64,000 nt of DNA from a virus. Taxonomy: Duplodnaviria; Caudoviricetes. The notes below the pieces were generated by a model. It made no database searches, was not told the origin of the DNA, and worked only from the letters and a program-made list of their open reading frames with translations. The DNA lies in the IMG/VR virus record IMGVR_UViG_3300013121_000004, positions 1-64,000 of that record; one strand, given 5' to 3'. Numbering within the stretch: position 1 is the first letter of the stretch; every line of letters begins with the position of its first letter. Made by a program: the position numbers and the translations under genes. Below, piece after piece: positions 28,818 to 40,733 of the stretch.

Positions 28818-31039
28818 TCGAGTACCAGATTTTTCCTAGAATCTTGTCGTCAGCCACAATAGTGACCATATCTACATCTTCCATTCCTGCTATTACTAGC
28901 GTTGGGATGCCACTGTTCTTGTGCACGAATGTATTAATAGTATTCGCATCATGTAGAATAATTTGCGGTACAATCATTAAATGACCTTTCCGTTTTCTCT
29001 TATCTTTACGTCTGCCTCATGCGCTCTCTTAGCGGTCACTACTTCGTATGTTGGTCTAGTAGGAGACTGATCAAAGATCCATAGCGAATAGTTATCTTTT
29101 TCTTCTTCTTCCATAAATTTATTAACAGCTTCATACGAAGGCGCTTCTATTAGAAGTTTATCTCTGTATTCTCTTCTAACTGTTACTTGGTAGATTGGCA
29201 TACTCTTCTAGTTCCTTTGATACGAGTTTTATTTGCTTTATCGCATAGTCAATGTCGATTAAAATGTTACCTATAAGGTCTTGATAGTCTTGTATTCTGG
29301 CTAAAGCGCCTCTTAGCCAATAAGTGTATGCTTCTACTGGAGTAGGGGACGCATATGTGACTAAGGTATATGCTTCCTTTTGTCTCCATTTAGGAATGCC
29401 GTATTTAGTTACTTCTGTGCAGACAGCTTCAGCTAGTTTGTACCCAGATTCAACTCGCACGTACCATCCGGTGTCGCCCTTTTTAGGGAACCATCCTTCT
29501 TTTTCTTCTGTCATTATGGTTCATTCCAATAGAAGTCATCATTGAATCCTGCGTAGATCTTTACGTTATTCACATTCGGGTTAGCGGCTACTACGCGTTC
29601 CATTACTTCTAGTATGTCCCTGCTTTCTGCTCGACTAAGCTTAGTGTGTGCGCCACGGTTTCCCCAGCTAGCCCACGTATCATACGGGTCAGGTAGATTT
29701 TCTGCTTTGATAGCTTCGCTAAGCGCAGCTAGTGCTCTTTCATCAGCCCAGATGATACCGACATTTACTAGCTCATTGTTGCTTTCATTGATAGATACTC
29801 TAGGCGTTGCATGTCGCATACGATCTACTAGACTTACTTCGTACACAGAGAACCTGCGTCCTACAAAATCGTCTGCTTCTAGTTCTTCTGCTGCCCACAC
29901 TGCATTCTTTTCACTATGCGCAAAGAAGGTCAGAGACAGAGGCTCCATTTCAGGAGTATCATCAACTAGAATGTATCTATTCCAATCGTACGTGCTTGGG
30001 GGGCGAATAGCGTCTAATGTACTTAGTTGGTAGAATCCCGTGGAAACGTAGTCTCCGAACTCGTCAACGTATTCTGCTAGCTCTTCTGCTAGTTCTTTTG
30101 GTGTTAGTGTTTCGATGTACTTCTTTTTACTCAATATGCATTCTCTCCTGTGATGTCCTCTCCGAACAGCATAAGCCCATAGAATGGTTCCCACTGCCCT
30201 TTCATTGCCTCATCATCTGCCATCAGTAGCAGGAAGTCATATGCTGCCTGTGAATCTCCTAGACTTGCTTCGTAGAAAGCCACTCTAAGGCTATCCGTCA
30301 TTTCTTTCTCATCATCATCTTCTTCATATACGCCATCTTCGAAAGCCTCTAGACAGTCTTCAAAGAAATCTGCCAGTAGTGTGAATACTTCTAACGCAGC
30401 AGTAGTATCCCCTGTTCTGAACGTGTATACTTCATCATTATCCCGATTAATAAACGACAGTAGTTCTAGTTCAAGCATTGTTAATACTCTCCTTTGTCAC
30501 AAACTCCTCTATATATACAAATGAAACGTTATCGTCATCGCAGCCAGCGTATTCCCATTCTTCCATAAATCTAAGTACATTGTTTACGGTAGGGTTATTA
30601 TTTGCAGTTTCCCACGCTTCCTGTAGCTCCGCGACTCCTGATTCTTCGACTAAATATTCTGCTTGACCATCGTCCTCAAAGAACATTAAGACAGACGGCA
30701 TTACTTCATCGGCAACCTCAAACATGCGTTTGTACCCATGGTGCTCACGTAATACCCAGAACTTATCTTTTGCCCTATCAGTCATGTCGCGTTTGTCCAT
30801 AATCCCATAGCCTCTTTCATCCGTTTGATATGCTGGTTTGATTCGTGATCTTCTACCGTATCTAGGAATCGTTTGATTGCTGTCTTCATTTCAGCGCCTG
30901 CTGAGATTTTTTTCTGGAGGGCTACCAAGTCTCTATAAGTGAGAGATGCCAGATTCGTTACTGGCATCTCTCTTAGCTCGAACTTAGGTTTACTAGAAGT
31001 AGAGGCTGCTGTCGCTTGGTGCTTGTTTGACATCTGCAC
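28714..31039 (-). CDS. Run of small, mostly acidic hypothetical genes (28714-28977, 28977-29201, 29176-29514, 29514-30194, 30131-30478, 30471-30800, 30782-31039)
   Basis: Overlapping, coupled minus-strand ORFs. Confidence 0.6.
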
Positions 31040-31173
31040 TCCACACCTTATTGAAGAAATTCTTAATTGAAAATTCGTACTCAGAACTGATGATTCGTTT
31101 GCGCTCAGCCTCTTGATGCATTCGGATCTGCTGTGTACGTTCTAATAGTCGCTTTTCACCTACTGCCATGTAT

Positions 31174-31635
31174 CTATTTACCCCTTCTTGGTATACTGAT
31201 GTTGAATTCTCGTTCAGCTAACTCTGCCATTTCTAATATTACACTATCTGGAACCTTTCTATCTCTGGTTGCGTTGCGCTGTAAACAAACATTTAACGGA
31301 ACGTTCAGCAAAGACTTGCGAATTATATGTGCGCCGTACTCTTCCCCTAGAAGAGTTAGGGTCTTCACACTTCTCCTAGTAAGATTGGTCGTATCTACGA
31401 TTACTGAAAGCTTATGCCCAAGCGCCTCTTTGATAATGTGTACTCTGACATTGTTGATGATGTTAGCTACTCTAGTATCGAAATCATTTCCTGTCAACAT
31501 TTTAGTCAGATCATCGTTTGATACCCTTACGATGTTATTTTCGCTATGTAAGATGCGCATCGCCTCAGTTGTCTTCCCGCTGCCGGGTAGTCCCTGCATA
31601 ATGTACAGGGTCAATTGTGTTTCAGACATATTCAT
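31174..31635 (-). CDS. P-loop kinase (AAA_33, polynucleotide kinase-like)
   Basis: GLPGSGKTT, SNDD, IVDTTN, CLQRNATR. Confidence 0.85.
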   Translation of the reverse strand: MNMSETQLTLYIMQGLPGSGKTTEAMRILHSENNIVRVSNDDLTKMLTGNDFDTRVANIINNVRVHIIKEALGHKLSVIVDTTNLTRRSVKTLTLLGEEYGAHIIRKSLLNVPLNVCLQRNATRDRKVPDSVILEMAELAEREFNISIPRRGK

Positions 31636-31656
31636 TCCAATTACTATGTATGTTAT

Positions 31657-34190
31657 TCACGCGGGGAATCCTGCTTCATCGTTCAGTAGATTATGCAGTG
31701 CGCGTAACATGGATACAGATGCAGACGCATCCATTGCGATTGCAATTGCTGTTGTGCCAGTGGATAGGAACCCAATACCTACTTTAGAGATCCAGACGTT
31801 ATCGTGAAGAGTAGACTCTATAATTGGCTTCGGTACTGGAGACGATGTAACACGATTGTTAATAATTTTCTGTAGCAGCGTATTAACTAGAGGAGTTACG
31901 CGGCCTTCATCTTTAGACGACAGATATGGCCCAGTGTTGTTGAGATTATACAACCTGAAAAGACCTCGAAACCAATCGTATAGATTTTCTACTTCTTTGT
32001 GAGTTAGTGCCTGATTTGTTTTTACAGCTTGCATAAATTTTTTCCCGCACTCCTTATCTTTTTCCGGGCAACAAGCGATAAGTGTTGCATTAACAGCAAT
32101 TGGATTAGCGGCCCAGTTGGTGTTCGTTGTGAATAACTTTTTTCCGCACCAAGCGCAGTTCATATGGAGATATGGGATGTACCCGAAGGTGCGAAAATCT
32201 ATATTTGTCGTTACTGGCTTTTTTAGGAATACCTCGTTAATCGCCATTCCGCTTGTCTTGTTTTGCTTGATTGAGTGCTTGGTTCTCTTTACTTCCGCGA
32301 TATTAGATAGCGTAAGTGTCAAAAGATCCTCCAGTTTGCAATCTCTTCTTCCTCTTTTGGTTGTTCTTCTTTTTGTTTACGGTTCGGATTCAGCAGGAAC
32401 AGAGCAGTTACCGCGCTGCCTGCCGCGAACAACGCAATGTATGCGATTAGTTCTGAAATCATATATAGAACTCCTGTAATTATCAGAGCTATCGGAATCA
32501 AGACTAATAGCACAGCGCATCCTAGTGCTAGAGGTTGTGTAGCTAGACCCCACATAAATGCTATAAACACACCTATTCCGACGTATGTGCTACGCATGTA
32601 CTAGTTGTCTATCTCCGGGGTCATCTTCGTCTAGAACGATTACACCCTTTTTATTGTCTCCCTCACCTCCAAACTTCTCGTCTAGTTTTTCCTCTTGTAG
32701 GACACGTTCCCACACTGAATAAATGAGATCTTTAATTGTGATTCCCTCGCCCCTTACCTCGCATAGTTCCCCGCAGTATGTCATTTTCAGGTACGATGAG
32801 GATTTCTTCCAATGATAAGCTGTGCCACAGTGTACACAATAGTAAATAGCGCCTCTATCTTCTAACACGATATTCATCGGCTGCTCCTTTAGCCTTTATA
32901 ATACTCTCCTTAAACATAACACGATATACTTTTATTACACAAGTGCTAATCCTATTGGATCAGCTTTACTGCCACTTTAGTCTTGCGTTTACGTTTGGTA
33001 TTTTTACGAGTCGGAGGCGGGATATACGCATCCTTCCCCTTAATAATCGCCTTACCTGTTTTCTCCGCCACAGGCGTAGAAGTAGGCGCAGAAGTAGGCG
33101 CAGAAGTAGGTGCAGACGGCGGATACTGGTATGGAGTTTGCTGCTTAGCAGATATAGTCACTGACCGTGGCACTACTTCTGTTGTTGTTACTTTTTCTTT
33201 CAACTTTACATCTACATTACTTTCCTTCGTATCTGTATCTAATACAATATTCTCGTCCTTATACGGTAAATGCGATAGAGGGGCCGCAGTTTCAGAAGCC
33301 TTACGATGTACATGTTGCATATCATGATCACTCGCTTCCACGAAAATTCCTGATGGGTGATGCGTAGATAGGCGACGATATACCTTACGTCCGCAGATTT
33401 GCTTTGCGCCTTCTACTTCTAACACATGTGTGCAAATCGTGTACCAACCTAGTACTGTAGGTACTACTTCTGTATCTAGACTAGTCATCGAACCTGTATG
33501 ACCTCCGGCTTCTGTTTGACTTTCGGTTTCCTTTGTACTGGATATCGCGTTTACCTGTTGCTCTCTCGGCTTCTAGCCTTTCGATTGTGAATAAAGAGCG
33601 ACCAGACACTGACATCTTTCGTTCTTTCTTCCTGTCACGCTCTAGAGCGTGACGGTCTTGGTAAATATCTTCCTCCATTGGAGTCTCCTCTGCGATTAAG
33701 TATCTCTTCAACTTACCACAGATTCCTGCTGAAGGCTAGAAATTAGAGCATCTTGCTCAAACTCCTTTAGTTCGTCAGACTCTGTCACAATTCGAATATC
33801 TCTAATTTTAACGTCACCGATACTAATTTCTACGTTATCTGCTACGCGTTTAATGAAAAGCGCCGCTACAGACACGTTGGAGCGTCTGTATCTGCCTGTA
33901 ACGTTGCGCAGGGATGGGCTGAGAACAATCCAACTGCCCCGCAGATGTGTTGGGTATACGCGTACATCATCCTTGAATTTAGCGATTCCGTACGTGTGTT
34001 GAGAAATACCAGCAACAGACTGGATTCTGGGCATTTCTGTCATTGCACGCCCTACATGCACCGCAGCTACTGAGATAATAGAACTAATAGTATTTAAGCT
34101 ATTATAGTGCCCAAATTGGCCTGAACGTGCGGCTTCTTGCCCTGCCTGTTGCAATGATACCAACGCATTTAGGTAATGGGTATTAGGCAT
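31657..34190 (-). CDS. Run of hypothetical genes (31657-32322, 32319-32597 membrane, 32590-32877, 32952-33488, 33481-33711, 33708-34190)
   Basis: Coupled ORFs; several CxxC motifs; 32319-32597 is hydrophobic. Confidence 0.55.
33072..33115. repeat. 12-bp tandem repeat coding an (APTS)n linker
   Basis: agaagtaggcgc x~3.5. Confidence 0.8.
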
Positions 34191-35496
34191 TAACTGTTTC
34201 TTTCTCCTCAGCTACTTCTTTTGTTTCTTCGAATGCGTCGTCTAGCACAGCCATTAGTGTTTCGTACATGCCCGTCTGGAATTTGGTATGGCAACATAGC
34301 TCTAGATTCGCATCGTCAATAACATCTCCACTATATGCTAGGTGAATACAAGGGATGTCTCTATCGAAACACCCTTCACATAACTTGGAAGCCCAAGTGT
34401 CACATTCAGAGTGAATCATACCTACCATATCTTTATATGCCACTAAGATAGATGTGGTGTTTTCCTTTACCGCTTCGTCCTCTAGGAGCATGTAGCAAGA
34501 ATAGCAGATTGTAGTCTCATTCCATCCAGTAGCGGAGATGATGCATTCATCCTCCCCTCCTGTTAAAACATCTTCGTTGCAGTAGAAACATAGACCTTCT
34601 TTACGGTATCTAGCGTACCCTTCTTCTGTGATCTCTTCTAGTTGATTGTCTTGTTTTAGTTTCTCCTCTAGAGTCTTGCCTTCTTTGTTGTAAGAAGAGT
34701 TCTCGAATAGCCACTGCTGTAGTGCGGCGTCATCCGAATCGTCATCGTTCGGTACTGGCTCCCACACTCCCGGAGAGCGGAGACGATACGTAACATTATT
34801 CATAACCATGTAGGAGTCGCTATCCGCGTACTTATACTCTTTGCGACTTTTATTTTTCATCGGCACATACTTACTATTCCTACGATTATCAGTGGACTTA
34901 AACCCGATGCTCGCGCCAGCCGTCGTAGCAGCAGCAGATCCCCAAACTCGGGATGCTGTGAAAGTATTATTCGAGAACCAACGCTCTTCATTCCATGTGC
35001 CCATAGACGAATTGATGATATTGACTTTGCGGTCAGTATCCAAAAACGCCAGCTTAGAGTAACCAATGTAACTGCGGACTAGTTCGCGCATTGCTGTGTG
35101 CGCCTGCCAGCCGACAGGCAATCGCTTTAGAATTTCATCAACGAATACACGAGTGTCTGATCGAGAATCATTTACAGGAATATCGATTTTGATAATACCG
35201 TTGTGTACAACAGCCTCTTGCTCTGTAACTGAGAACGGGTGAACATTGTCGATGCTCTTGACTCCATGCGTTCCGATGCGCCAGTGTAGGACGAATGGAC
35301 TGTCATCCTTGTATTTATCGTGGTCTGGATAGAACATCTCCATAGCAGTGGTAAGTTCCATTGCCTTTTTGATTGTCAGTTTGTTATTCTCGTCTACATA
35401 CATGTAACCAAAGCCGTCCGGGTTGTTGGCCCAGCAGTTCTCGAACTCTTGCTTCGTGATTTTCTGTTCAACATTAAGGACACAAATGATGCAAAT
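34183..35496 (-). CDS. Class II (Ntn) glutamine amidotransferase with Cys-rich C-terminus; ATT start
   Basis: Frame extends 31 codons upstream of the track start to ATT-TGC-ATC-ATT (MCII...NPDGFG); HWRIGTHG, HPF, HNG, SDT. Confidence 0.88.
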   Translation of the reverse strand: MCIICVLNVEQKITKQEFENCWANNPDGFGYMYVDENNKLTIKKAMELTTAMEMFYPDHDKYKDDSPFVLHWRIGTHGVKSIDNVHPFSVTEQEAVVHNGIIKIDIPVNDSRSDTRVFVDEILKRLPVGWQAHTAMRELVRSYIGYSKLAFLDTDRKVNIINSSMGTWNEERWFSNNTFTASRVWGSAAATTAGASIGFKSTDNRRNSKYVPMKNKSRKEYKYADSDSYMVMNNVTYRLRSPGVWEPVPNDDDSDDAALQQWLFENSSYNKEGKTLEEKLKQDNQLEEITEEGYARYRKEGLCFYCNEDVLTGGEDECIISATGWNETTICYSCYMLLEDEAVKENTTSILVAYKDMVGMIHSECDTWASKLCEGCFDRDIPCIHLAYSGDVIDDANLELCCHTKFQTGMYETLMAVLDDAFEETKEVAEEKETVNA

Positions 35497-35513
35497 AGTA
35501 GTATACCTCTTTC

Positions 35514-37289
35514 TTAAGATACAATTACAGATGGCAGTACTTCTGAAAGTACAGGATATCTATCAGAATTACTTAGGACGAATTCTTTGTACGTATTGCT
35601 TACCTCGTACCTGACCGCACCGACAGGGTATGGAGTGCCCTGGTTTACATCCCAGATACTGATAGGTATTGTCTTAGAAAAATTCCACATACTGTGTGCG
35701 AACTCTACGCTTTCACGCAAGAACTTCTCATCTGCTTTAGACTTGAAGTATCGCAGTTCTACAGTGTTATTTGGGGATAAGTTAAGTCCGAGATACCGGG
35801 TACTTGCTAGGCGAATAATGCGCCTTCCGTAGGCATAATTCTCGATTTCACTTTGCGACCACGTATCCATACTGTACCTACAGTAGTTATTTGGTTGCCT
35901 GCCAGCCATTCCAACGATAGTAGGCCGCATGTACTTGTGGAACATGATGAAATTGTACATGGTAGACGGGTTGAACGAGGATTTACTTAGATGTAAGTGC
36001 ATACCAGCTGTTCTAGCTGACGTACGAATCCCGTTTAGCTCTGGGTGCTCAGCCTTTCCTCTCCTAGAGAACAAGTGCATTGGGAATTCTTTTTCCCACC
36101 ACCCAAAATCACCGGGATCTGTCACAATCTCTACTCCGTGGAGTAGAGAGCCGTCGTTTTTTACGTACGCGAATGGTACTGATGCCCCATCGTTAAGCAA
36201 ATTTGTGACGTAAGCGGTGAACTCTCTTCGATTGACATCGCGCTTCAGCTCTACCTCAAGCTCCATACCAATGAAAAGGTTGTTTACACTATTTACGTAC
36301 TTTGTTGTCTTCTTTTCCGGTAGTCGGAAGATTGGTGTTGGTTTGTAGCCGTATGGGAAAATTATGCTCTTCTCGTTTTCTCTTCGCTCACATTCACAAC
36401 ACATGTATTCCTTATTAACTGCGTCAACAGCGCACAGGTCTCTGCTGAGGTCATTATATGCGTCTATGATTACATCATAGCAGGCTACACACCTATATTG
36501 CTCATATTGGTCAAGGTATTTTTCTCTACATTCAGTGCATACTGCGTAATACAATCTTTCTCTTATCCATTGAGGCATCGGCACACTATTGACTACTCGT
36601 ATGTATCTAGCTACTGTCTTGCCCCCTTGCTCGTATATAGCCCATTTTGTATTACCGCACTCAACACAGGCTGTGACGTTACAGTTATGATTCATAGGGA
36701 CTACAATTCTGTTTTCATTGATGGTTAAATCGATGTACTCTCCATTCACCATCAAGAACGAGTCTTCACATGCTGTACAGGTGCCCGTGTCTAGTAATTC
36801 TGTACATTCGTTACATATGCCATTATGGATATTAGTGTTATTATCAATTAGTTTACATAATGAACAGACCCCAAACGTGTAATGGAACCCTGCTGCATTA
36901 CTGCCTGACCCTAGGATAGAGACACCAGTCTTTACACCACGCACTTCGTAATGACGCGTTTCTAGAAGTGCAGTGGGTTCGGATATTACAAGAACACGAT
37001 TCGCAAGGCTAGTTGGTTCTACATTTAGATGGGTACCGTAAGGAAGCCTTCCTGTGTTTATGTAGACGCCGTAAGGAAGTCTCCACATAATAGCCGATTG
37101 ATTTGCTGGCTCGCCCCCTGGGGTGTATGCTGCAATCGCTTCTGGGGCGTAAATCATAGTTGGTCTAGCGTTTGTGATTCTAGTTATATTCGTAACAGTA
37201 GTAGTTCTATTAGTTGATGCTTGCTGCGACGTGTTTACTGCATGTGCATTTGTTGTCACTGTTACGCGCACATTAGCTGTACTTGGCAA
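35514..37289 (-). CDS. COOH-NH2 ligase (amidoligase) with N-terminal Cys-rich region
   Basis: GMELEVE, DGSL..GVEIVT.P, AGMHLHLS, RY..LN, TVELRYF; multiple CxxC. Confidence 0.85.
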   Translation of the reverse strand: MPSTANVRVTVTTNAHAVNTSQQASTNRTTTVTNITRITNARPTMIYAPEAIAAYTPGGEPANQSAIMWRLPYGVYINTGRLPYGTHLNVEPTSLANRVLVISEPTALLETRHYEVRGVKTGVSILGSGSNAAGFHYTFGVCSLCKLIDNNTNIHNGICNECTELLDTGTCTACEDSFLMVNGEYIDLTINENRIVVPMNHNCNVTACVECGNTKWAIYEQGGKTVARYIRVVNSVPMPQWIRERLYYAVCTECREKYLDQYEQYRCVACYDVIIDAYNDLSRDLCAVDAVNKEYMCCECERRENEKSIIFPYGYKPTPIFRLPEKKTTKYVNSVNNLFIGMELEVELKRDVNRREFTAYVTNLLNDGASVPFAYVKNDGSLLHGVEIVTDPGDFGWWEKEFPMHLFSRRGKAEHPELNGIRTSARTAGMHLHLSKSSFNPSTMYNFIMFHKYMRPTIVGMAGRQPNNYCRYSMDTWSQSEIENYAYGRRIIRLASTRYLGLNLSPNNTVELRYFKSKADEKFLRESVEFAHSMWNFSKTIPISIWDVNQGTPYPVGAVRYEVSNTYKEFVLSNSDRYPVLSEVLPSVIVS

Positions 37290-37298
37290 TTTTTACTC

Positions 37299-38366
37299 CT
37301 ACGCCGGTACCAGTTTCTTTAGGTTATGATTGGCAGTGCGTTCCAGATTTTCGATTCTCGATAGAGTCTTGTTGTACACTTCCTCTAGAAACGCGTATAG
37401 ATGAGGATATGTTTTGCGATTTCTATATAACCACGCTAGAAATTCCATAGTGTTGCTAATCTTCCACGCTGGCATATCACGAGTATGCGCCCACGCAGCA
37501 TGCGCAAACTCAATGTTCTTCATGATGCGTGAAGGGTTGATGTTGGACTTAAAGTAGCGTAGTTCGATAGTATTATAATTTGTCAAATTAACTGCGCGAT
37601 AACGACTAAAGTTGTGGTGGCCTCCGCCTCTCTTTAGTGTTTTGACAAGGTGCGCTTTGTACGCTGCATCATTTTCAAACTCCCACCAGTGGTTCTCTCC
37701 TCGTTGCGCTACACGGACAATCAGATTTTTGTTTAGATTATGGAACATAACAAACTTCCAAATGTGGAGCGATGTGAATGAGTTACGAGAAATATGTACG
37801 TGCCCACCTGCTGAGGATGTATGGAAACCCTTAAAATACTTCTGCAACTCTGTAGCGTAGGTTGCGAGGCTATCGTAATTCTCGTGCCAATAAGCCAGAG
37901 ATGCTGGATGGCTTACGATTTCTACACCATAATTGAGGCTTGAATCTGGCTTGTACCAGAAAAACCGCCCATAATTATATTGCTCCTTCCAGTTAAGGTG
38001 GTGTGTTGCTAGCAAGCCTTCCATCGTAGAGTGTCCACTGCGTGTCTCTACTTCTAGCTCCGTGCCGATGTAAGGGGTTTTGAAAATGGCTTTATCGTTT
38101 CCCCCTAGAATAACGCGCCTGCCCATAGTTTTGAACTCAGTTAACGATTGATGGAAGTTGATTGCGGGATTCTCGTAACGGATGTTAATGTTCTCGCCAG
38201 TACGAGAATCGTATGTCGATGTCGTCTCATCATCATCGTCATAGTCATCATCGTCATAATTGTCGTCATATCGTTCGTTGTCGTCATATTCTTCATCGTC
38301 ATAATTGTCGTACTGCTCTTCTTCTACTTCTTCCAGCGCAGGTGCTGTTGTGTACGAACTAGGCAT
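37299..38366 (-). CDS. Second COOH-NH2 ligase (amidoligase) with acidic N-terminus
   Basis: GTELEVE, DSSLNYGVEIVSHP, AGGHVHIS, RYRAVN, TIELRYF. Confidence 0.85.
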   Translation of the reverse strand: MPSSYTTAPALEEVEEEQYDNYDDEEYDDNERYDDNYDDDDYDDDDETTSTYDSRTGENINIRYENPAINFHQSLTEFKTMGRRVILGGNDKAIFKTPYIGTELEVETRSGHSTMEGLLATHHLNWKEQYNYGRFFWYKPDSSLNYGVEIVSHPASLAYWHENYDSLATYATELQKYFKGFHTSSAGGHVHISRNSFTSLHIWKFVMFHNLNKNLIVRVAQRGENHWWEFENDAAYKAHLVKTLKRGGGHHNFSRYRAVNLTNYNTIELRYFKSNINPSRIMKNIEFAHAAWAHTRDMPAWKISNTMEFLAWLYRNRKTYPHLYAFLEEVYNKTLSRIENLERTANHNLKKLVPA

Positions 38367-39789
38367 TGTTAGATACTCCTTCTTCTTCTGCTGATTCTAC
38401 TTGTAGGTTCTTGCTTACTTCTTCCCAGACTAGTAGATCCCTTGCCTCCCGTGCTTTGATAAGAATAGCGCTCCCATCTGCTACTGTAAGTAGAGTCTTC
38501 GGCCCAAATAGCCCGAACTCATTCCACAGCGCATTTCCACATTTACCGCATAGAGGCCAGAATGTTCGTTCTTTTGCTTCTGACGCACTTTGATCAATAG
38601 CTACTCGCCCTGCACGAGAGGAGCATTCCTTACATCGAGCAAAATAACCGTTACCACGAAAGATATCTCGTACTGGAATTTTGTATTCACGGCCTAGTGT
38701 AAATGTAAAAGTATCAGTCATAGCTTAGTACCAACCCTGCTTCCTTTGTCATGAAGTCTTTCAACTTTTGTGCTAGTTCTTTGTTGGAAATAGACGCCCC
38801 CGTATTAGCGGGCCGCCAGTAAACACGTTCGAAAATAGGGCACCCATTACGAAGCATATCTAAGTCTATAATTGCTTGTGTGCGGTCTTCGCTGCTCACA
38901 TCATACAATACGCTCGATGCAGTGAAGCGCCCAGTAACCTCCCCTAGCAGAGCTAGGGGATGGGCATCGGGACGTTCTTCTAGAAGGCGAATATACTTCT
39001 TAGCCAGTTCATTAACTTGCAAGTGTTACCTCTTCAATTGCGTCGTCTACCTCGGTGTTCTGCTTTTCATTGAACATGAGGCAGCTCTTAATTACCTCTC
39101 CCATGTTTCGTACTGATTTTGTAAGACTATCTTCTGCTTTTACTAACTGGGCTGCTTTACGCATTTCTATGGCATCTACCATATCCAAGTAAGCACAATA
39201 CACATCAACAGTGTAATCGTAAAGACGCATCAGAGTTACCATAGCATTGTGTAACTCTTTACAGTCATCTAGGTTAAGAGCGAGCCAGATTTTTTCATCC
39301 GGGTCATTCTCTTTGTCTAGCTTGGAGATACAGGTGTTTAAGGTTTCATATAACTCTTTAGCGCGACTACTCTTCATAGGCGCTGTGTGTCTACCCACCT
39401 ACTACTACTGCCTCCCCGATACGAGGGCTAAGATGGAAATCAAGAGACGGAGAATTGATTGGGCTGGTTACAGTGATGCCTTCAAACATATCTTGTAGGC
39501 TTACCTTTCCCCCTTCTTCTGGAATTAGATTGTATTGAAGATGGCCGACCGCATCTGCGATAGCTACATCACGTCCCCACTTCCTGTTGTAAAGCTGTGT
39601 ATCCGAACACACAGCGATGCCTGTGTAAATACGTCCGTTGTTGGGGTTGTATACGGATACAGCGGTCACACCGCCATGCGGGAGGAGGTTCTTGCCGCTT
39701 CGGTCATACTTGCGACGATGTGCGAACTGTACCTTGAATCCGAATTCTTCGAGACGCTTCCAGTTAGTGTTTACCTTGTTAATAGCCAT
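38359..39789 (-). CDS. Four hypothetical genes (38359-38721, 38714-39022, 39012-39398, 39391-39789)
   Basis: Coupled ORFs. Confidence 0.55.
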
Positions 39790-39801
39790 GTTAAGTTTCT
39801 C

Positions 39802-40155
39802 CTACGTGTAATAGATGTTCTTGATTCCGGCGTCAGAAAGTGCTTTAGCACATCTCTGACATGGGCGGGAGAGCCTAGGATGTCCTGCCTTATCTATCCT
39901 AGCTACATAGATGTCTACCCCTTCAGTGTGTTTAGCTTTTCTAAGTGCGTCTATTTCTGCATGAACACTAAGACCGTACGGAGTCTTTACAAAGTCAACC
40001 GAGTACGTACTATTGCGTTGCTTGTTGTAGCCTGCTGCAATAATTTTTCCTCCGTTAACCAGTATGGCTCCGTGCCTTTTATTACACGTTGATTTCAATG
40101 CTTCGTTGAGTGCCATCCGCATGTAGCGGTTGGCTACTGTTACTTGTTGTTCCAT
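39802..40155 (-). CDS. Zn-dependent cytidine/deoxycytidylate deaminase family protein
   Basis: HGAIL...GYN, HAE, PCQRC. Confidence 0.85.
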   Translation of the reverse strand: MEQQVTVANRYMRMALNEALKSTCNKRHGAILVNGGKIIAAGYNKQRNSTYSVDFVKTPYGLSVHAEIDALRKAKHTEGVDIYVARIDKAGHPRLSRPCQRCAKALSDAGIKNIYYT

Positions 40156-40166
40156 GTGTATTCCTT

Positions 40167-40733
40167 TTAGAAGTCTCCGCTAGCTACTTGCAAGCACGTA
40201 AGCCCTAGCTCTCGCCACATAGTAACTACTCGATCTCTATCGTCAAGTACGAACAGGACATTATATACTGACTCAATCCTGTTCTTGTAGATTTCTTCCT
40301 TGATGATACGGTCGTCTCTATAGTCTTCGCTACTGCGCATGTATAGAGGAAATTCTGATAGCCACCTTCTTGGGTTGCCAATTGACGGGAGCGAATGCAG
40401 CCACTCTAGTGTAGGGGCTCGATGGTCTTCACTTCTTCCGCTAACAAATACAGGAGCTACTCCCATGCTATCGTAGATAGCATGAATGACGGTAAATACA
40501 GGCACATTTACCGCATCCGTGCGCCCACACACGGATGCGTCATATGGGCTACGCATACCGGGTGTTAGAACGTCTTCTCGCTCCTGAATCTCCCAGTACT
40601 TACCACGCTTATTCTTATTGAATAGAGCCAGCGTGCCGTCTAGGTCTACTACGATTGCTGGCCTACGCGTGTCGGCGTTTTGTAGCTTCGCGAGGAACGA
40701 CCAAGACGATTCTACCGGAGAAATGCTTGCCAT
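40167..40733 (-). CDS. HAD-family phosphatase (T4 Pnkp 3'-phosphatase-like)
   Basis: DLDGTLA, VSGR, MR...D...K, LDDRDRVV. Confidence 0.88.
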   Translation of the reverse strand: MASISPVESSWSFLAKLQNADTRRPAIVVDLDGTLALFNKNKRGKYWEIQEREDVLTPGMRSPYDASVCGRTDAVNVPVFTVIHAIYDSMGVAPVFVSGRSEDHRAPTLEWLHSLPSIGNPRRWLSEFPLYMRSSEDYRDDRIIKEEIYKNRIESVYNVLFVLDDRDRVVTMWRELGLTCLQVASGDF

